From a virus (Duplodnaviria; Caudoviricetes), in IMG/VR virus record IMGVR_UViG_2663763243_000008, positions 15,814 to 79,813 of that record: 64,000 nt of DNA; one strand, 5' to 3'. Below are positions 57,737 through 64,000 of the stretch, piece by piece (the stretch's first letter is position 1; every line of letters starts with the position of its first letter). The position numbers and the translations under genes are program-made. The notes beneath the pieces are model-generated. The model worked only from the letters and a program-made list of their open reading frames with translations, did no database searches and was not told where the DNA came from.

Positions 57737-58461
57737 TGCTTGAAAATGAATGCCTTGAGTTCGCGGCCTCGTCTGGTGATGAGGTTTGCGGCCTGATAGT
57801 TGATGGGAGGAGTCTGATTAAGTGCAGGAATGCGCATCCGACACCTGAGCGACATTTCAGGATAAGTGACGATGACTGGTTGCATGCTGAAGCGGCGGGG
57901 GAAATCACCGCCGTTTTTCATTCTCACCCAGGGCAAAAGTTAGTGCTATCTGGCGCAGATCGGACAGCCCAACTGGCAACCGGTATCGATTGGTGGCTGG
58001 CTAGCGGTGGAAAGCTTCGGAAATTTAGACCTGTAGAGTACCTGCTAGGTCGGACTTTCAAGCATGGTGTGATGGACTGCTACACGCTATTTCGTGACGC
58101 CTACCACTTATGCGGCATCGACTTACCTGATTTTGAACGCACTAACGGTTGGTGGCTTCGAGGCGAAAACCTTTACTTGAAGAACATGCCAGCCAATAGA
58201 TTTCATCCGATTGAGATGCAAGATATTCAGCCAGGTGATGTGCTTATCCGGCGTGCATTCCCTGAAACCGACCCTTGCCACGCCATGATTTATCTCGGTG
58301 ATAACACCATTCTTCATCATGAAAACATCGGACGTCTAAGCCGTCGAGAACAACTACGGCCAGCTTACCTACGCCTTACCCATTCTGTCTGGAGGCATGA
58401 ACAATGCTCATATTTAGATTTGCGGGGAATCTTCGACGACATTTCCGCCAGGTCACTTTAA
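57733..58461 (+). CDS. Tail assembly protein K-like (JAB + NlpC/P60)
   Basis: EVCGL, HSHP, DCYTLFRDAY, HAMIYLG. Confidence 0.92.
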   Translation: MMLENECLEFAASSGDEVCGLIVDGRSLIKCRNAHPTPERHFRISDDDWLHAEAAGEITAVFHSHPGQKLVLSGADRTAQLATGIDWWLASGGKLRKFRPVEYLLGRTFKHGVMDCYTLFRDAYHLCGIDLPDFERTNGWWLRGENLYLKNMPANRFHPIEMQDIQPGDVLIRRAFPETDPCHAMIYLGDNTILHHENIGRLSRREQLRPAYLRLTHSVWRHEQCSYLDLRGIFDDISARSL

Positions 58462-58931
58462 CAGTTGATACCACCTCGCAGGGATTGCGTCTTCTTCTCG
58501 CTCAATGTCCTGAATTCAAACGTGACTTCTATAAATCAAAAATTCGAATACGGATTGATGGTAATGACGTTTCCAGTGACACGCTTAATTTCCATATGGA
58601 TCGGCACTTAAGGGATGGCGCGACGGTCTTGTTTGTTCCGGTTGTTGAGGGGGCAATAACTGCTGTGGCCGCAGCGTGGATCATGGTCGCCGTTACCGTG
58701 GCCTCTGTAGCTTATTCGCTCTATATGACCTCGAACATGAAAACCAAGACCTCGGCTGAATCAGCACAAAGCGGTTCGATAACGAACAACTCATACACTA
58801 GCGCTGAAAACAAAGTCGGACAGGGGCGTCCTGTTCCATTGCTGTTGGGTGAAATGGTTGTTGGGTCAAACGTGGGGTCACTTGGTATTGATACCAGCAA
58901 TAACAAAGACTGGAACATCTCTATTAGCTAA
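58404..58931 (+). CDS. Tail assembly protein I-like
   Basis: VPVVEGA, QGRPVPLLLGEMVVGS. Confidence 0.9.
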   Translation: MLIFRFAGNLRRHFRQVTLTVDTTSQGLRLLLAQCPEFKRDFYKSKIRIRIDGNDVSSDTLNFHMDRHLRDGATVLFVPVVEGAITAVAAAWIMVAVTVASVAYSLYMTSNMKTKTSAESAQSGSITNNSYTSAENKVGQGRPVPLLLGEMVVGSNVGSLGIDTSNNKDWNISIS

Positions 58932-58940
58932 GGTGAAAAT

Positions 58941-61900
58941 ATGAGTTCAGGCGGCGGTGGCGGAAGTACGCCAACACTTATTAATGACAACCTCACGTCA
59001 AAGCAGTTCTATCGCGTTCTGGACATTATTTCTGAGGGGCCAATTTACGGCCCAGTAGATCAGGAACACCTCTCCTCATTCAGATTGAATAAAACGCCAA
59101 TTACCAATAATACCGGTGTCGTCAGTGTCCCTGGTGTGAGTGTCGCTTGGCGCCCAGGATCAGCAACGCAGCTCCCAATCAATGGTTTCTCTGCTATAGA
59201 GTCCACCACTATTGTTAATACAGACGTTACGCAGGCCACTCCTCTGGTGCGCACGGTTACTGATAATAACGTAACGCGCGTTCGGCTTAATGTGGGCGTT
59301 AATGCCTTGGTTGAGCAGGATACACAGGGTAACCAAAGAAATACCTCGGTAACGATGGTTATTGAGACAAGGGTGGGAAATGGTGCATTTACGCCGATAA
59401 AAACGGTAACGATCACAGGCAAGATTTCAGGTGAATATCTGGAGGCCCATGTTATTGATGCCCCAGAGACCAAGCCATTTGATATCCGTGTGCGCCGCGT
59501 AACTCCAGATAGCACGAGTGACCTTCTAAATAATGGCACTGCGTGGAATAGCTACACTGAAATCATTGACGATAACCTTTCTTACCCATACACCGCTGTT
59601 TGTGGTGCCGTTATTGACCGAGACCAGTACACCGACACACCGAATCGAACCTCCCATCTGAGAGGGATAATTGTTGATGTTCCCGATAATTATGACCCAA
59701 TAACCCGCACATATACCGGGCTTTGGTTAGGTGGCTTCAAATCTGCATGGACTAATAATCCGGCGTGGATATTCCGCATGTTGGTTAAAAATACGCGCTA
59801 TGGGTTGGCTCGTCGCGCTGGATACGTTGATGTTGATGACGGCAGCCTGTACGTACTATCACAGTTCTGTGATCAAAAAGTAGAAGATGGTTTCGGCGGA
59901 GAAGAACCGCGCTTTACCTTAAATGCCTACATCACCGAGCAGAAGAGCGCGCGCGAACTGCTGGATGATATTGCGGGCATGTTTCGCGGCATTGCTTTGT
60001 GGGATGGCATGCGCTTTTCCATCATGATCGACCGACCACAAGACCCGGTAGCTGTTGTAACGAATGCCAGCGTCGTTGATGGGCTATTCACTTATAGCGC
60101 AATGAAGCGCTCAGAGCGATACAACGCGGTGGTTGTATCTTGGACTGATCCCAATAACGGTTGGGAACAAGTGAAAGAATACTACTCTGATGATGAGATG
60201 ATCAGCAGCAGTGGTGCATACAACGAGACCACCATTGAAGCCTTTGGTTGTACGTCACGCGGTCAGGCCCGTAGGACAGCAAAATGGTTGGTTGAAAGCG
60301 CCAAACTTGAAAAGGACAAAGTAACGTTTCGTATGGCGCGGGATGCTATTGGGTTTATCCCAGGCGACATCATTGAGTTAATGGATAACAACCGAGCAGC
60401 AACCAGGCTCGGTGGACGTATAGTTAGTCACAGTGGCGTAGTGATCAATGTTGATGCCGATGTGTCCACATTGGCTGGGAATGGCGACACCATGTCTATC
60501 ATGGGCGCTAACGCGAAGTTCACTAAATATGAAATTGCCTCAGTTAATGGTTCTACTATCACGCTGAAAGTGGCTCCAGCCTGGGTTAGAGATGGTACTA
60601 CGTTTGCAATTTCAACCAGTGAAGTAGCTACGCGGTTGTTTCGCATAATGGGGATTTCTGAAGATGAAAATAACTCTATCTACAGCATATCTGCAACGTT
60701 GCATAACCCCAATAAGCAAGCCATCGTTGACGAAGGAGCCGTATTTGATGTCCCTTCAGATACACTAAATGGCTATCGTGTCCCAAATATTGAGAATCTT
60801 CGGGTCATCAATACGAACAGTGAAACTGTTCAAGTAAGCGCTTCGTGGGAAACCGCCACTACAACCAGAAAACTGGTGTTTGAGCTGTTGGTCTATACCT
60901 TGGATGGAGCAGTATTCGCTCAATACGAAACAGTTCAATTCCGCTATAACTTCTTTGGCATCCCAGCCGGAACATATTCTCTTGGTGTTCGTGGACGCAA
61001 TGATAATGGTATGAAGGGCGCAGAAACACAGGTCAGCTTGCTCATTGGTGTGCCCCCTATGCCATCTTCTGTTAGATGGACTCCTGGGGTATTTTCTGCT
61101 GATGTTGTGCCGGTAATGAATATTACAGCCACAACAGATACTACCTTTGAGTTTTGGTGGACAGGAGAAATACCAGCATCTAGTGCGACAAATATTGAAA
61201 GTGAGGCTCAGTTTTTAGGACGTTCAACTCAATGGGCGCTGAACGGGCTCAAGGCTGACACGACTTATTATGTTTACGTCAGGACTCGTAATGCGTTTGG
61301 TGTTTCTGAGTTTGTTGAAGCCTCCGGTGTAGCATCGTCAGATATTCCCGGCATGATTGATTACATTGACCAGGCTATAAAGGGATCAGAAACCTTCGGG
61401 CAATTGTCATCCGATCTGGATATGAATGCTGAAGCAATTATTGAAAATGCTCTAGCTAATGATGCTGATGTTCATCGTTGGAAGAAACAAAACGGTGATT
61501 TCAGGGCTGAAATATTCGATATACGTCAAACAGTTATTACTGAACTTGCAGCAACAGCAACAATAATTGAAGGTGTTCAATCACAGGTCGGTGAAAACTC
61601 AGCCGCTATTGAACGACGAGCAGAAACGGTTGTTAAAGTTGATGGTACGGGCAGCGCCATTACTACGCTTAAAGTTGGAGCTGAATTTAATGGGGTATAT
61701 AAATCAGCAGGAATGGCGATAGGGGTCGAATTTGATGGTGCCAACTGGACAAGTCAGGTTCTATTTTCCGCAAATACTTTCGGTGTTTATAACCCAAGCG
61801 ATAACAGTTATAAACTTGCATTCGCAATAGAGAATGGGCAGACGTTTATTAATGAGGCATTCATTAATTACGCCTCAATTACTCTGGCAAAAATTGGTGA

Positions 61901-62081
61901 ATGGAAATCAGCTAATTTTGTTTCGGGCAAAACGGGAACGAGAATGGCTGCGGATGGTTCATTTGAAATGAATGGCGCTGTTGCTGGCGAAGGGAAACTG
62001 AGGTTAGTTAATAACCGAATCACAGTATTTAATGAAAGTGATCAAATCGTCGTCGTTATTGGGAAAAAACTGGAGGTGTAA
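58941..62081 (+). CDS. Central tail fibre / host specificity protein J-like
   Basis: ISEGPIYG, WTNNPAW, AFGCTSRGQARR, FN3 repeats. Confidence 0.93.
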   Translation: MSSGGGGGSTPTLINDNLTSKQFYRVLDIISEGPIYGPVDQEHLSSFRLNKTPITNNTGVVSVPGVSVAWRPGSATQLPINGFSAIESTTIVNTDVTQATPLVRTVTDNNVTRVRLNVGVNALVEQDTQGNQRNTSVTMVIETRVGNGAFTPIKTVTITGKISGEYLEAHVIDAPETKPFDIRVRRVTPDSTSDLLNNGTAWNSYTEIIDDNLSYPYTAVCGAVIDRDQYTDTPNRTSHLRGIIVDVPDNYDPITRTYTGLWLGGFKSAWTNNPAWIFRMLVKNTRYGLARRAGYVDVDDGSLYVLSQFCDQKVEDGFGGEEPRFTLNAYITEQKSARELLDDIAGMFRGIALWDGMRFSIMIDRPQDPVAVVTNASVVDGLFTYSAMKRSERYNAVVVSWTDPNNGWEQVKEYYSDDEMISSSGAYNETTIEAFGCTSRGQARRTAKWLVESAKLEKDKVTFRMARDAIGFIPGDIIELMDNNRAATRLGGRIVSHSGVVINVDADVSTLAGNGDTMSIMGANAKFTKYEIASVNGSTITLKVAPAWVRDGTTFAISTSEVATRLFRIMGISEDENNSIYSISATLHNPNKQAIVDEGAVFDVPSDTLNGYRVPNIENLRVINTNSETVQVSASWETATTTRKLVFELLVYTLDGAVFAQYETVQFRYNFFGIPAGTYSLGVRGRNDNGMKGAETQVSLLIGVPPMPSSVRWTPGVFSADVVPVMNITATTDTTFEFWWTGEIPASSATNIESEAQFLGRSTQWALNGLKADTTYYVYVRTRNAFGVSEFVEASGVASSDIPGMIDYIDQAIKGSETFGQLSSDLDMNAEAIIENALANDADVHRWKKQNGDFRAEIFDIRQTVITELAATATIIEGVQSQVGENSAAIERRAETVVKVDGTGSAITTLKVGAEFNGVYKSAGMAIGVEFDGANWTSQVLFSANTFGVYNPSDNSYKLAFAIENGQTFINEAFINYASITLAKIGEWKSANFVSGKTGTRMAADGSFEMNGAVAGEGKLRLVNNRITVFNESDQIVVVIGKKLEV

Positions 62082-62083
62082 AT

Positions 62084-62350
62084 ATGTCTAAATGGGGTGC
62101 TCAACTATTTATGCCTGGCGGTACATTTGATGTGATTAATGCGTTTCTCCCTGCTTATATGATGGATTATTTTATTGGGAACAATAGCGGCTCACGATCG
62201 TATACCGTGCCTGCTGGAAAAAGCCTTCGGGCTAAAGCTTATTTCACGACAGCGGGGTCATTTGCAACAGAAGCAGTCGTGTCTGTCTCTGGTGGAACTG
62301 TCTCGTGGTCAAACGCCGCGGGTAACTCAATAATCGTGTGGGTAGTGTAA
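62084..62350 (+). CDS. Small tail-tip accessory protein
   Basis: Downstream of J. Confidence 0.65.
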   Translation: MSKWGAQLFMPGGTFDVINAFLPAYMMDYFIGNNSGSRSYTVPAGKSLRAKAYFTTAGSFATEAVVSVSGGTVSWSNAAGNSIIVWVV

Positions 62351-63054
62351 TGGACGGCTTTGGCATGCAAATAACGCGTGATGATGGGGTGATATTTGCC
62401 TCCCCTGAGTTTACGCCCACAGTATTAGTGCAGGTGATGGACAGGACGGCAGACTACACCGGCGATGTATCAGCCCAGCATTATTACGAAACTATCGTCC
62501 CAAACGCCAAAAAGTGTTTCATTTTCCATAAGATACTATCAACTGGGAGCCAGCAAGGCGCTAGCGGTGGCGTTCTTCACTACGCCGAACAAGGCCCGAA
62601 TGGCTTTTGGCGGGTACACACGACAGCGGGTACAGCGGGATTAGCTCACACCATCCGATTTTATGTGTTCTCAGAATTTGTAGCCAACATCCCAGAGTGG
62701 GGGATTTACTTCTACAAGGACGGGCAGCTCGTTTATACGGGTAATTGCCTACCGCTAGATATCAAGTTTTGGGAGCGCCCACAGTTAACGACGCCTGCAC
62801 CCACAATGCCATGTGCCACAATTTGTTCAGTAGCAAGGCAGCTAACTCAAGGTATTCCTGGGACAAACCCACCGACCGCACTTATTTTTCTGTTTTGCTT
62901 CACAGGTTTTTCGTCCGGCATTATTACCCCAGTGTTCAGGCAAATTTCCCAGAGCGCGGGTGGCGGCTCCGCAGATGGATTTTCTAAAGGTTGCGCTTAT
63001 ATAGAAACATCACTGTATGACCAGTACTACAAAGCCTCACTCGGCTATGCCTAA
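62350..63054 (+). CDS. Tail-tip accessory protein
   Basis: FGMQITRDDG / WGIYFYKDGQLVY repeated pattern typical of post-J genes. Confidence 0.65.
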   Translation: MDGFGMQITRDDGVIFASPEFTPTVLVQVMDRTADYTGDVSAQHYYETIVPNAKKCFIFHKILSTGSQQGASGGVLHYAEQGPNGFWRVHTTAGTAGLAHTIRFYVFSEFVANIPEWGIYFYKDGQLVYTGNCLPLDIKFWERPQLTTPAPTMPCATICSVARQLTQGIPGTNPPTALIFLFCFTGFSSGIITPVFRQISQSAGGGSADGFSKGCAYIETSLYDQYYKASLGYA

Positions 63055-63079
63055 CAAATAACTTAATAGGAATACAATT

Positions 63080-64000
63080 ATGTCTTGGTATGAGGCAGGA
63101 ACAGTCACGTCCGTAGCTGGGACAAATGTGATTACTGGCGTTGGTACGCTATGGAATAACCCAATATTTGGAATCGCCCCTGGGCAGATGATATTTATTC
63201 CTGGCTCTGGGCAGGTTGTAATATATGAAATACTCGCTGTCGATAGCGATACTAAAATCCGAATAACCCGAAATATTGCTATAGCAATTACCAATTCTGA
63301 ATATGCAATTGTCACGACTGTATCAAATTCAATGTCTGACTTGGCGCGTAGAACAGCCGTGCAATTGACTTTATATCAGAAGTTATTAGAAGACTGGCAA
63401 GATATAACCACTGGAACCGGCAATGTGAGTATTATTGCGCCAGATGGTTCCACTGTGGTTATTCCATCTTTGAGCGATCTGACTGCATGGGTTAATGACT
63501 CGAAAACGTGGTTTGATGATAACAGGGAGCTGATAGAGAACGCCGGAGAGGCGGTGGCTGGGGCGGAAACGGCACGAGATGAAGCGGTCGCGGCAAAGAC
63601 AGCGGCCCAGTCAGCAGAAGCGGCAGCGGAAGGTTCTGCAACATCGGCTTCTGGTTCCGCTACGACAGCCAGCGATGCTGCTGCGGCGACAGATTCGGCA
63701 TCGATTGCATCTGAGGCTGCAACAATAGCTACACAAAGCAAAGATGGGGCAGTTACTGCCAGAGATGAAGCGGAACAATTTGCTGAAAGCGTTAACCCCG
63801 ATTTACTTATGCATACTACAGGCGGCACATTTACAGGGCCGGTAATATTAGCCGGTGACGCCACAGATCCGAAAGGTGCAGTCACTAAGCAACAGTTAGA
63901 CGCAAAGCCAGCTGGCGGTTTACCGCTACTGTTCAGTTGGTGGGAAGATAACCGCACACACATCCCAGAGGGAACGGCCCCGCGCGATGGACAAGAACTT
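63080..64000 (+). CDS. Side tail fibre (partial, runs off window)
   Basis: MSWYEAGTVT...VITGVGTLW, Ala/Ser-rich stalk, GGTFTGPV...AVTKQQLD. Confidence 0.85.
   Translation, partial: MSWYEAGTVTSVAGTNVITGVGTLWNNPIFGIAPGQMIFIPGSGQVVIYEILAVDSDTKIRITRNIAIAITNSEYAIVTTVSNSMSDLARRTAVQLTLYQKLLEDWQDITTGTGNVSIIAPDGSTVVIPSLSDLTAWVNDSKTWFDDNRELIENAGEAVAGAETARDEAVAAKTAAQSAEAAAEGSATSASGSATTASDAAAATDSASIASEAATIATQSKDGAVTARDEAEQFAESVNPDLLMHTTGGTFTGPVILAGDATDPKGAVTKQQLDAKPAGGLPLLFSWWEDNRTHIPEGTAPRDGQEL

Larger units (their letters stand above)
21172..64000. mobile_element. Lambdoid siphovirus prophage (right end beyond window)
   Basis: int-xis-recombination / cI-cro-CII-O-dnaB / Q-lysis-head-tail order. Confidence 0.95.

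Overview
The window contains no host housekeeping genes. It holds two unrelated prophages in tandem, joined at a 3' fragment of tRNA-Leu(UAA) (21172-21225). The host is probably an Enterobacterales such as Yersinia, which is an impression only. Bases 1-21.2 kb are a P2-like prophage: lysis, head and terminase/portal genes, an AT-rich two-gene candidate defence operon in the hotspot next to the putative cos, then gpA, dam, the switch, cargo genes and int. Bases 21.2-64 kb are a lambdoid siphovirus prophage: int/xis, recombination genes, cI/cro/YdaT-like CII, O/DnaB, a C5 methylase, Q, lysis, head, a moron cluster and the tail, ending in a fibre gene cut off by the window edge. Two systems stand out. 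(1) A ~118-nt structured RNA (about 26157-26274, + strand, with its own extended -10 promoter and terminator) carries an anti-RBS sequence complementary to an AGAGGCAAGACC(AA) motif found at the ribosome-binding sites of several early genes in both early operons. (2) The 14-bp palindrome TGTGACATGTCACA recurs in both prophages, including inside coding sequence, and both prophages encode a homologous RHH-like/Cys4 protein. Together these suggest a matS/MatP-like site-protein system. Also notable are a secreted stand-alone TonB C-terminal domain, a CsrA-like mini-protein and a RecE-N/Sak fusion. All family assignments come from motif recognition by eye, not database searches.
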